Part shown: one piece after another, positions 11,301 through 22,104 of the stretch
Layout: every line of letters starts with the position of its first letter
Position numbering within the stretch: position 1 is the stretch's first letter
Assembly (NCBI GenBank): GCA_002269645.1
Contig: NIVC01003736.1
Location: forward strand, 1-39,181
DNA: 39,181 nucleotides
From: Macrostomum lignano
Taxonomy: Eukaryota
Direction: 5' to 3'
Notes under the pieces: model-generated
What the model was told of the DNA's origin: nothing
Databases searched by the model: none
Seen by the model: the letters and a program-made list of their open reading frames with translations, nothing else
Program-made: the position numbers and the translations under genes

Positions 11301-14300
11301 GCGCCTTTAGCAATAAATGTAGTTTGCTAGCACTTTTTCACTGTTTATTAAGACTAATCAAACGATTTAAATTCATTTACAAGAAATATAACATTTTTAG
11401 TATCATTTTGACTAATTTAGCAGCATATTGGAACTGTCAAGTGACGATCACTATCCAAATCCCACAGGACTACTCGGTGAACATGTTCCTGCGTCAGTAC
11501 TGGAACGACACCAGGCTAGCCTATGCTCACCGGGGCTACAACCAGTCACTGACTTTGAACTCAAAGAAGTCCGAGTTATGGGTGCCGGATCTCTACTTCA
11601 TCAACGAGAAAGAGGGCTCGTTTCACGAGATCACGACTCCGAATCTGCTGCTGAGAGTCAACCCAACTGGTCGTGTCACGTACAGCCAAAAGTAAGCCAG
11701 TTTTTATATTTTTTTACCGGAATTATTTGCTGTTACAGGTTAATTGACATACATCTGTCTTCGAACTGTCACACTTGTCTGTTACAGGTTAACCATAACA
11801 ATCTGTCTTTGATCTTTCACACTTGTCTGTTACAGGTTAACCATAACAATCTGTCTTTGATCGTTCACACTTGTCTGCTACAGGTTAACCATAACAATCT
11901 GTCTTTGATCTGTCACACTTGTCTGTTACAGGTTAACCATAACAATCTGTCTTTGATCTGTCACACTTGTCTGTTACAGGTTAACCATAACAATCTGTCT
12001 TTGATCTGTCATACTTGTCTGTTACAGGTTAACCATAACAATCTGTCTTTGATCTGTCACACTTGTCTGTTACAGGTTAACCATAACAATCTGTCTTTGA
12101 TCTGTCATACTTGTCTGTTACAGGTTAACCATAACAATCTGTCTTTGATCTGTCACACTTGTCTGTTACAGCTGTTAACCATAACAATCTGTCTTTGATC
12201 TGTCACACTTGTCTGTTACAGGTTAACCATAACAATCTGTCTTTGATCTGTCACACTTGTCTGTTACAGGTTAACCATAACAATCTGTCTTTGATCTGTC
12301 ACACTTGTCTGTTACAGGTTAACCATAACAATCTGTCTTTGATCTGTCACACTTGTCTGTTTCAGGTTAACCATAACAATCTGTCTTTGATCTGTCATAC
12401 TTGTCTGTTACAGGTTAACCATAACAATCTGTCTTTGATCTGTCACACTTGTCTGTTACAGGTTAACCATAACAATCTGTCTTTGATCTGTCACACTTGT
12501 CTGTTTCAGGTTAACCATAACAATCTGTCTTTGATCTGTCATACTTGTCTGTTACAGCTGTTAACCATAACAATCTGTCTTTGATCTGTCACACTTGTCT
12601 GTTACAGGTTAACCATAACAATCTGTCTTTGATCTGTCACACTTGTCTGTTACAGCTGTTAACCATAACAATCTGTCTTTGATCTGTCACACTTGTCTGT
12701 TACAGGTTAATCGACAGACATCTGTCTTGGATCTGTCACACTTGTCTGTTACAGGTTAATCGACAGACATCTGTCTTGGATCTTTCACACTTGTCTGTTA
12801 CAGCTGTTAGCCATAACAATCTGTCTTTGATCTGTCATACTTGTCTGTTACAGGTTAACCATAACAATCTGTCTTTGATCTGTCACACTTGTCTGTTACA
12901 GCTGTTAACCATAACAATCTGTCTTTGATCTGTCACACTTGTCTGTTACAGGTTAACCATAACAATCTGTCTTTGATCTGTCACACTTGTCTGTTACAGG
13001 TTAACCATAACAATCTGTCTTTGATCTGTCACACTTGTCTGTTACAGCTGTTAACCATAACAATCTGTCTTTGATCTGTCACACTTGTCTGTTACAGGTT
13101 AATCGACAGACATCTGTCTTGGATCTGTCACACTTGTCTGTTACAGGTTAATCGACAGACATCTGTCTTGGATCTGTCACACTTGTCTGTTACAGGTTAA
13201 TCGACAGACATCTGTCTTGGATCTGTCACACTTGTCTGTTACAGGTTAATCGACAGACATCTGTCTTTGATCTGTCACACCCGTCTGCTTCAAATTTAAT
13301 GAACCAATCACTTAATCACTGTAATAAAGTCATGAATACACAACTAAATTATTTTGTTAGCTTTCATTTTTTGTTAATAAGTTTCCAAGACATAAGGACT
13401 GAAAAATGTTTGTTGAACAGCGCAAACAAGAGACAGGGAGAAGACAAAAAGACAGATGGAAGACAACATAGAACAAGACAATTTGCACTCTACCTTGGCT
13501 TGTAGAACTCTGTGTAATTAAACTCTACCAACACTATCGCTCTCTCTTGCTCTCCCAACCCTGGGTAGGAACCACCCAGGAAAAGCTTCAGACAAGACAA
13601 AAACGATTTTCTTTGAAAATCTAAAGCTTAAAAATGGGATTGAAAATAATGGGAATAATTATGAACGTAACGTGAGACTCTAGTCCCTACAATGATATAA
13701 TATTACACAGTGGGCAGTGAGCGCGTCTTTGACGACATCATGTCGCAAATCCTGAGCACATATACTCATCACTTCAGGCTGACCGTGAAGCTCTCCTGCA
13801 ACATGGACTTGAAGAAATTTCCTATGGATCAGCAGAGATGCCACTTGAAGATGGAAAGCTGTGAGTTGTGTTTTGGCTTGTTCGTGGAATAAGGGTGCGG
13901 TTGTAGGCCTTGTGCGCTGTCAAGTTTCCCACGAAAAATGGGATATTAGGTGCTTGTTTTGGGGAAGCCGAACTTTTCTAAAATCTGTAAGAGAACTGTA
14001 GGATTGACTGAAATTCCTTGTCAAGTTTCCCACAGAAATATCCTCCGATGGGAAGGTTCCCATGGGCGTATAGTTTGCAGTCTTTTGTTAGCAGTAAATT
14101 GTCAACATGAAGATTGAATTTTTTAGACTTTTCAAATTGCTATTGAAGTTAGTCAAGAGAATCACAAGCGCGCGGATACGTACGCAGTCATACGCACAGG
14201 AACACACTCACACACGAGTGTACAGCGGCCCTAACTTTATTTATCGTTAGGCATGTACACTTCACTGTGCCTTGGCGGTTGTCCTTCAAGGCCGTTAATT

Positions 14301-17300
14301 GCACGAGCAGAGCCAAGCCGAGATTCCAATTTAGTCCCAAATTTAATGTGACTGCACTCGGAATCGAGCCTGGGCTGCTGGCAAATCAGAGCATTAGGCT
14401 ACGTTTGAAAATTATTAAGGGCAGCCACAGTTTTAAAGAATTTTGCTTTTGGAATACTTTTTAAAGGTATACAACAGTAGCAAAGTGGAGCTTTTTTTAA
14501 GAGACTCTGCTTTTAAATTGTACCTCAATCCGAACCTGCATGAGTTCCTACATCCAAAGCGGTCCCTTTTGACACTATTTAAGAAATAATAATGATTTAA
14601 TGTAACGTGAAAAGTGTGCATCTTCCAGACGGTTACACAACTGAAGAGCTGATATTCGAGTGGGTTAACAAAACCAAAGATCGCGTGCAGTTCAGCGACG
14701 ACTTGGAGCTGCCGGAATTCGTCACACCGCCGAATATCAGTACGGAGAATCGGGTGGTAAAATACCTGACAGGTGAGTTGAGAATCCAAAGAGAGGCGCT
14801 GACTAAGAGTGCAGAGAGAGGCGCTGACTAAGAGTGCAGAGAGAGGCGCTAACTAAGAGTGCAAAGAGAGACGCTAACTAAGAGTGCAAAGAGAGACGCT
14901 AGCTAAGAGTGCAAAGCGAGACGCTAACTAAGAGTGCAAAGAGAGACGCTAGCTAAGAGTGCAAAGAGAGACGCTAGCTAAGAGTGCAAAGAGAGACGCT
15001 AGCTAAGAGTGCAAAGAGAGGCGCTAACTAAGAGTGCAAAGAGAGGCGCTAACTAAGAGTGCAAAGAGAGGCGCTAACTAAGAGTGCAAAGAGAGGCGCT
15101 AACTAAGAGTGCAAAGAGAGGCGCTAACTAAGAGTGCAAAGAGAGGCGCTAACTAAGAGTGCAAAGAGAGGCGCTAACTAAGAGTGCAAAGAGAGGCGCT
15201 AACTAAGGATGTTAAAGGGTGCCAACAGGGGAGCTAAGAAGCGCTAACTAAAGTAAGTACAAGGGCTGGTGCCAATAATTATGTAAGTGGTGTCAAATTG
15301 CAAGGTTTTATTAAAGTGACAAAATGGCTGAGCGAAATTCATAGGGTTCATGTACTTAGAAACCCAGCTAATTTACATAAAACAAACTTTCCAGGAAACT
15401 ACTCCTATCTGATTGCGACATTCTACTTGAATAGAAAGTCAGGTTTTTACCTGATCCAGACCTACATACCGAGCATCCTGATTGTCATACTCAGCTGGGT
15501 GTCCTTCTGGATCGATGTCAGAGCTGTGCCGGCCAGGATTAGCCTTGGACTGCTCACTGTGCTCAGCATGACTACTCAGAGTTCTGGAGCGTTGGGCCAA
15601 CTGCCTAGGGTGTCTTATATCAAGGTGAATTGGACTGTAATGTGGGAATTACCTTCAGATGATTATTTAAGTGTCTGAGCTGCAGGTGACATTAGCTATA
15701 GCTGACTAATCAGGTGTCTTAGCTGCCGGTGACATTAGCTGTGGCTGACTAATCAGGTGTCATTAGCTGTGGCTGACTAATCAGGTGTCTTAGCTGTGGC
15801 TGACTAATCAGGTGTCTTAGCTGTGGCTGACTAATCATAGCTGCAGCTGACTAATCAGGTGAAATTAGCTGCCGGTGACATTAGCTGCAGCTGACTAATC
15901 AGGTGTCATTAGCTGTAGCTGACTAATCAGGTGTCATTAGCTATAGCTGACTAATCAGGTGTCATTAGCTGTAGCTGACTAATCAGGTGTCTTAGCTGTG
16001 GCTGACTAATCAGGTGTCTTAGCTGTGGCTGACTAATCAGGTGTCTTAGCTGTGGCTGACTAATCAGGTGTCTTAGCTGTGGCTGACTAATCAGGTGTCT
16101 TAGCTGTGGCTGACTAATCAGGTGTCTTAGCTGTGGCTGACTAATCAGGTGTCTTAGCTGTGGCTGACTAATCAGGTGTCATTAGCTGTAGCTGACTAAT
16201 CAGGTGAAATTAGCTGCAGCTGACTAATCAGGTGTCTTAGCGGCAGGTGAATTTAACTGTCTCTTGCTTCATGGGGTCATTCGGTGCTTTACGGGGTCAT
16301 TCGGTGCTATTCATCGTGCTTCATAGGGTCATATTTTGCTTTCTTAATCTTGTTACATTGACTGTATAGAATTGCCTTAACCAAGGTAAGTAGAAGAATA
16401 ATTTGTCGATATAACCTTAGAAGTACTCAAAAACAAAGGTAAACTGCCATGAACTTTTGTAAGCTGTTAGACTTTACTTCACGAACGTGACACACCTACA
16501 ACGCAAGGGAAACTGTCTCATGGTAAACTATGGTACAGCTAGAACTGAAACACCCCCTATGACACTTCACCAGAAATATTCCATTCGCATAAAATCTTTG
16601 ACTGCAAGAGCCAAGAGATCAGGAGCAGCTCCACAGACTGCATTGAGAGCAGGCATTAGATTTACTCCCTTACCCAGCCACCATTCGCCCCCAAGGCGTG
16701 CGATGAAAGAAGGATGAGATAAGGAGAGAAATAAGGTTTCATCGATCACTCTCATCTCGGGTCTCCTTGCACGCCGCTCTACAAGAGGGTTTTTTCCCAC
16801 GAAAGATTTGTTAGTTGCGGTGCGCACTTGTGCAAAGCCTTCGCGAGCATCAATGGATCCGAGTTTATGGAGAAAATGTTGGAATTTTTCGATGAGGAAA
16901 TGCTTACGCGTGTGTGTGGTTAAGACAGCTTCTCGATCGAGCCTTCTCGAATCGTTCAGACAAAACTGGAAGACAACCTGAAAGGTTTCGAAGGTCGAGC
17001 ACTTTCTGTACTGGACACTTCCATTCCGTGGGTTGGCCGTGAGGTAATTCCATTAGACAGCGAAGGCGGCGCTCAGAACATAATTTTGATCGGTGGGGTT
17101 TCGAAGTGGCTTCGAACAGCTGCTTTCTGTCAGATGGTTGAAGTGGCAGCGGTCGAGAAGGCCTGTGATTTAGTTTTCCGTGGATTTTGTTGCGTGTTGA
17201 GAATGCAGCTCATTTAAAGACAGAAATAGCTAATAGTTAATGTTTAAATTTGAGCAGCATAGTTTATCTAAGTTTAGCATTGGGTATAATGAGTAGGGTA

Positions 17301-18876
17301 GAATAGAGTAGAGTATTAGTATAAAAACGTAGATTAGTGTAAATTACAGTAGATTTACAGATTTACAGTAAATTACAGTGGAGCAGAGTATAGTAGATTA
17401 GAGCAGAACAGAGCAGAGTAGATTAAAGTAGATTAGAGTAGATTAGAGTAGATTGGAGTAAATTAGAATAGCTTAGAGTAGATTAGAGTAGATTAGAGTA
17501 AATTAAAGTAGAGCAGAGTAGATTAGAGTGGATTAGTGTAGATTAGAGCTCTCTTAAAATAATCAGTATCCAGAGGCAACTCACTCTCTAATCTGGCAGA
17601 TTTCAAGAGAAGCCCCTTAAAGCAGCTGAGAACGTATGCAGTATAAATATAGACCAGCACCCATCGATTTCCCTCAGTGGAGGAAGAAAATCACGGGGGA
17701 TGTGGATACAGAAACTCCTCCCTTCACTTCTCTTGTCACGCCCCGCTGCTCGTCGTTTGAAACTCTGAGAGAAACTTGAAGAAAACGACCAGCTCCCCAG
17801 TGACCCACTGACCCATACATGACTGATCTGCCAGTCTGGTGGCGCATAACTGAGCCGGTTGGGTTGAGCTGCACTCTCCTTTAGGCTTTTTTTCGCTGCC
17901 ATTTTGGCAACTTTGTTTTAATTAAACTTCATGGAGCTAGTGGGGTCTGATGTGCTAGCGGCCCAGGCTCGATTCCAAGTGCAGTCGGATTATTTTTTTG
18001 GGGCTAAATTGCAATCTCGGCTTGGCTCTGCTCGTGCAATTAACGGCCTTGAGGGCCAACTCTAAGGGCTAAGGGTGTACATGCCAAGCGATTAAAGTTA
18101 GGGCCGCTGTACACTCCTGTGTGAGTGTGTGCCTGTGCGTATCACTACCTGCTTAGTGGAGTCGGCTGAATCGGCAGCACACATCCCCTGTGTGTAATAA
18201 AAATGAAAACTTCATGAAGCTGTGAGAAAAATCTGAACTGTCGTTAACAGCATCTCTACTTGCTCTGGTGTAAAAGTACATCTTTAAGAATCTTCTCCAA
18301 TTTCTAATTAGATTTGCTTGGCTTGTGCCAAATCTCAGATTTCAATTTACAAACGATGGGGAAATTGAACCTGATCAGTGTTTTCAATTAATCATTTTTT
18401 CTGAGCACTTGTGCAACAATATTCATATAGAATTACTGAGTCAAGTCTAACAAAATCCGAGTCCCAGTCCCAGTTCAATTCCGAGTCCCAGTCCCAGTCC
18501 CAGTCCTAGTTCGATTTCGAGTCCAAGTCCGAGTCCCAGTCCCAGTCCCAGTCCCAGTTCGATTTCGAGTCCAAGTCCCAGTCCCAGTCCCAGTCCCAGT
18601 CCCAGTTCAATTCCGAGTCCCAGTCCCAGTCCCAGTCCTAGTTCGATTTCGAGTCCAAGTCCGAGTCCCAGTCCCAGTCCCAGTCCCAGTTCGATTTCGA
18701 GTCCAAGTCCCAGTCCCAGTCCCAGTCCCAGTTCGATTTCGAGTCCAAGTCCCAGTCCCAGTCCCAGTCCCAGTCCCAGTCCCAGTCTCAACCTTAATAC
18801 CAGTTCGAGTCCCAGTCCCAGTTCCAGTCCACGTCCCAGTCCCAGTCCCAGTCCCAGTCCCAGTCCCAGCCCCATT

Positions 18877-18908
<32 letters not shown>

Positions 18909-21788
18909 AAGTCCCAGTCCCAGCGAGAGTCAGCAAGTTTGTAAGGCTGCTCATCCATAAAAGAGTTCAGAGCTCCCAACTCGCGCTGGTATTTGGTCAT
19001 CACACTTTCAGTGAAGTGCCAGCACAAAAGTAACCTGGGCGCCTTCTATTCTCCTCTTGCCTCAGGGAAACCTCGCTCTCAGCTGCTTCGTGACTTTGAT
19101 GCCTTCCAGGACTTCTCTCTGAAGACGAATAATGCAATTTGGCTTCCTCTCAGGGCTCTAATTGAAATTCTCCTTTGGGGAATAAAGGCTGAGAATGTTA
19201 CGCTGAGCAAAATTCTCTGATCGAAGGCTCTTTGCTTCTTTTTCCAAGTGATCTCTTCTGATCATATTTTCTCGGTGCCAACTTACTAAGCTGCGATTTT
19301 TTCAATTCTTTTTTGGGGCTACAACTATGACTTCACACAGTCTATCGCAGAGATCGCACTTTTGGTTTAAAGTTTTCACATAACATTTCCATTGTGCGAA
19401 ACTGCCCCCTCCCCCGTAGACTCAGACCTTCGATTCTTACCAACCTACCAACCTCCACTCAACCCTAAAAAATTCCCATCCAACGCTACCAACCTCCCAT
19501 CCATCACTGCCAACATCCCATCCAACAATACCAACCCCCCATCCAACAACCTCACAACCAACAACCTCCCATCCAACAACCTCACATTCAACAACCTCAC
19601 ATCCAACAACCTCCTATCCAACAAGTTCCCATCCAACAACCTCCCATCCAACAACCTCACATCCAACAACCTCCCATCCAATAACCTCACATCCAGCAAC
19701 CTCACATCCAACAACCTCCCATCCAATAACCTCACATCCAACAATCTCCCATCCAACAACCTCACATCCAACAACCTCACATCCAACAACCTCCCATCCA
19801 ATAACCTCACATCCAACAACCTCACATCCAACAACCTCCCATCCAATAACCTCACATCCAACAATCTCCCATCCAATAACCTCACATCCAACAACCTCCC
19901 ATCCAACAACCTCCTATCCAACAACCTCACATCCAACAACCTCCTATCCAACAAGTTCTCATCTAACAACCAAGCATCCAACAATATCCCACCCAACACT
20001 ACCAACCTCCCAATCAACAGGCCATCGATGTGTGGATGTCCACCTGTCTCGTGTTTGTATTCGGCGCCCTAATAGAGTACGCCATCGCCAATGTTCTGGC
20101 CAGGCGTCACAGCTCTCTGGAGCGCTGGGAGAATCTGCGAAGCATCCTGGACTCCGGTCAGCAGGCACCAGACCACCAGGCCGCATCGATGCAGTACCAG
20201 CAGCTGCAACAGACACGGCTGACAAGCGGCCGGCTTCACTCCGGTGGAAACGGAGAAGCCCAGGCTGCTCTGCTGAACCAGGTGCAGAGCTGCGGCCACA
20301 GCAAGGTGAGAAAGTTTCTGCGCAGAGTTTTGTTGGTACGTAATGTTACGCAAGTATTTTACTACTAATTTACGCCAGTATGAAGAAAAGTCACTTTAAA
20401 GTCTGAGCTCGGTTCTTTCTACTAATATTGAGCTGTCACTGATGCACACATTGTGATGTCACTGATGCACACATTGTGATGTCACTGATGCACACATTGT
20501 GATGTTACTGATGCACACATTGTGATGTCACTGATGCACACATTGTGATGTCACTGATCCACACATTGTGACGCCACTGATGCACACATTGGAACAACTG
20601 GTCGCTTCCATCAGGTGAATAGTGCAGCTATATTCTACCAGTAAAACAAATCTTTGGTCAGATAAGCACACAAGACTTAGTGACAGTTTATCTGCCAGAG
20701 GCCGAGTCTTGGATTTTCAATGACAGTATACGAAGCACGTCAGATTGACAGCTGATAAAAAATGATTTCGCGAAAAAATTTTTGACATGCGAACAAATTT
20801 TCAAGCTGGCATCTTCCTCAGGTTTTGGAAATGGCCAGTCATTTCAATTACTTTAGTGACAAGAGTGACTACTTATAAAATTTGACTATTTCAGTAGTCA
20901 AAAAAGAGTTTTATCTATCTTTGCCAGATGTGCAACCGACAGCTCAGCCGCAGCTATTGCGCGGCGGATCTGAAGGCTGCGTACGGCTGTTCAGTCCAAG
21001 GACTGGGGGGGGGGAGCCGCCAGACACACCCTCAATTACACCAGCTAATGCTGGCACCCATTTTACAGCTGGGTGACCTGAAACAATGCAGAGTTAAGTG
21101 TCTTGCTCAAAGACGCAAATTGTTTCGAGTGGGTCGAGAATCGAACCCCCGACCTTCAAGTCGCGAGTCCGACGCTCTAACCTCTAGGCCAAAACTATAA
21201 TATAGTAACAGCTTCCAAAACCTACTTTGAGAGGCTGATTGCCCCAAAAGTTTCATGTTTCTAGGGAATAACTGAGAATTAGAATTAGAGCTTCATCCCC
21301 CCAAAGTCATGGCGCCAGGGTGCCTGCAAGCCGTGTTGCGAATACTGATTGTTTATACTGACATCTTCACAACAAACAACTCACAGCATAGCCGGCCGGA
21401 GGACATTCCCCTGGCCTACATGAATCGCGATCTGGAATCCACTAATCGCAACTCCAACTACGACGTCAATGACTCCGACAGGCTGCTCCAGCGCATCAAC
21501 GCGCATTCCGGACCTATCGCTGCTACTTCGGCGTCTTCGGCTGCTTTTTCTGCAACAATTGGGCTGCGGCAGAGACAAACGGCAGCAACGCAACAGCAGC
21601 AACAGCAGACTCAAGTTGAACCACAGCGGCAGGTGCCGTCGCCATTCGGCAGTCAAGACGGCTACCTGGAAGAGGACAATGTCAGCAGTGCCGAAATGAT
21701 TGATCGAATTTCCCGGGCCGCGTTCCCTTTGTCATTTGTGCTGTTCAATCTCGGATATTGGGTCTACTACATCTATATTGCTGAGTGA
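8392..21788 (+). CDS. Anion-selective Cys-loop ligand-gated ion channel subunit (glycine receptor / GluCl-like), 9 coding exons with an alternative exon 3
   Basis: Exons: 8392-8546 (hydrophobic leader), 8651-8739 ([10 protein letters not shown]), 9436-9503 or 10298-10365, 11468-11691 ([19 protein letters not shown]), 13778-13860 (Cys loop [15 protein letters not shown]), 14629-14772 (YGYT), 15395-15624 (M1, PAR-M2), 20021-20305 (M3 [21 protein letters not shown]), 21387-21788 (M4 [21 protein letters not shown]). All junctions are GT-AG with matching phases. Confidence 0.95.
9436..9503 (+). CDS. Cys-loop receptor alternative exon 3a (68 nt)
   Basis: tttcag|GC TCT...ACA ATG|gtgagt; encodes (G)[22 protein letters not shown]; phase 1 to phase 0. 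Confidence 0.88.
10298..10365 (+). CDS. Cys-loop receptor alternative exon 3b (68 nt)
   Basis: gctcag|GT AAT...GAC ATG|gtaaga; encodes (G)[22 protein letters not shown]; same length and phases as 3a. Confidence 0.88.
11733..13285. repeat. 48-bp minisatellite (acacttgtctgttacaggttaaccataacaatctgtctttgatctgtc)n in intron 4
   Basis: About 30 units with sub-variants (a +2 nt gctgttaacc unit and an aatcgacagacat unit). Confidence 0.98.
14165..14400 (-). mobile_element. SINE-like interspersed repeat, family B, copy 1
   Basis: The reverse complement matches 17950-18145 (ggcccaggctcgattcc...atctcggcttggctctgctcgtgcaattaacggccttga...agttagggccgctgtacactc) and carries a B-box-like GGCTCGATTCC. Confidence 0.75.
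14787..15206. repeat. 25-bp minisatellite (gagaggcgctaactaagagtgcaaa)n in intron 6
   Basis: Period of 25 read directly; starts ~14 nt after the donor site. Confidence 0.97.
15681..16255. repeat. 27-bp minisatellite (gctgactaatcaggtgtcttagctgtg)n in intron 7
   Basis: Period of 27 read directly (e.g. 16021 to 16048). Confidence 0.96.
17290..17550. repeat. Degenerate 10-bp repeat (agattagagt)n
   Basis: Direct inspection. Confidence 0.85.
17950..18145 (+). mobile_element. SINE-like interspersed repeat, family B, copy 2 (inverted relative to copy 1)
   Basis: Similarity to the reverse complement of ~14190-14395 over ~190 nt. Confidence 0.75.
18450..18922. repeat. (CCCAGT)n hexamer array with higher-order units
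   Basis: Direct inspection; explains the poly-LG and poly-TG ORFs. Confidence 0.97.
19500..20010. repeat. 15-bp C/A-rich minisatellite (CCAACAACCTCA/CCAT)n abutting the exon 8 acceptor
   Basis: Direct inspection. Confidence 0.96.
20435..20590. repeat. 23-bp tandem repeat (gtcactgatgcacacattgtgat)n
   Basis: About 6-7 units; period of 23. Confidence 0.93.
20905..21200 (-). mobile_element. tRNA-derived SINE, family A, copy 1
   Basis: Minus strand: A box TGGCCTAGAGG, B box GGTTCGATTC, then ttgagcaagacacttaactc...ccagctgtaaaatgggt (CORE/Meta-like central domain). The 3' tail gcaatagctgcggctgagctgtcggttgcacatctg is shared with the copy at 24442-24610. Confidence 0.8.
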
Positions 21789-21988
21789 ATTATTACTGCA
21801 GAACATTTATTTGCTTCCTTATTGACGTGAATTCATATTTCAAATCATCAGACTTTAAGGTAGTCAAAACGCTTCATTTTAGAAGTGTCGATTCGAAAAT
21901 AAAACTGCATCGTCATTTAAAGGAGAACAAGGCGTTTAAATACAATAATCAGATTTCATGTATATAAACTTTATATTGTATTTACACT

Positions 21989-21994
21989 AATAAA
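21989..21994 (+). terminator. Candidate polyadenylation signal AATAAA for the Cys-loop gene
   Basis: AATAAA ~200 nt after the stop codon, followed by a GT/T-rich stretch. Confidence 0.5.
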
Positions 21995-22104
21995 TCTTTG
22001 CGATAAACATCTGGCACCTTGTGTGACTTGTTGGCATTTTTTATAATTGCCACAGTTACAACAACTTGAGAATTAATTTTCTTAACTAGCTAACTTGCAT
22101 GTGA

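Noticed and set aside
11428-13074. ORFs with 16-aa [16 protein letters not shown] repeats
   Set aside because: Read-through of the intronic 48-bp minisatellite; the frame is broken by +2 variants.
18447-20072. Poly-LG, poly-TG, poly-SNNL and LLDxR 'LRR-like' ORFs
   Set aside because: Hexamer and 15-bp arrays; the apparent leucine periodicity is a repeat artefact.
21100-21200. tRNA gene (A and B boxes; also at 24442-24510)
   Set aside because: No complete cloverleaf, and both continue into a shared non-tRNA body, so they are SINE heads.
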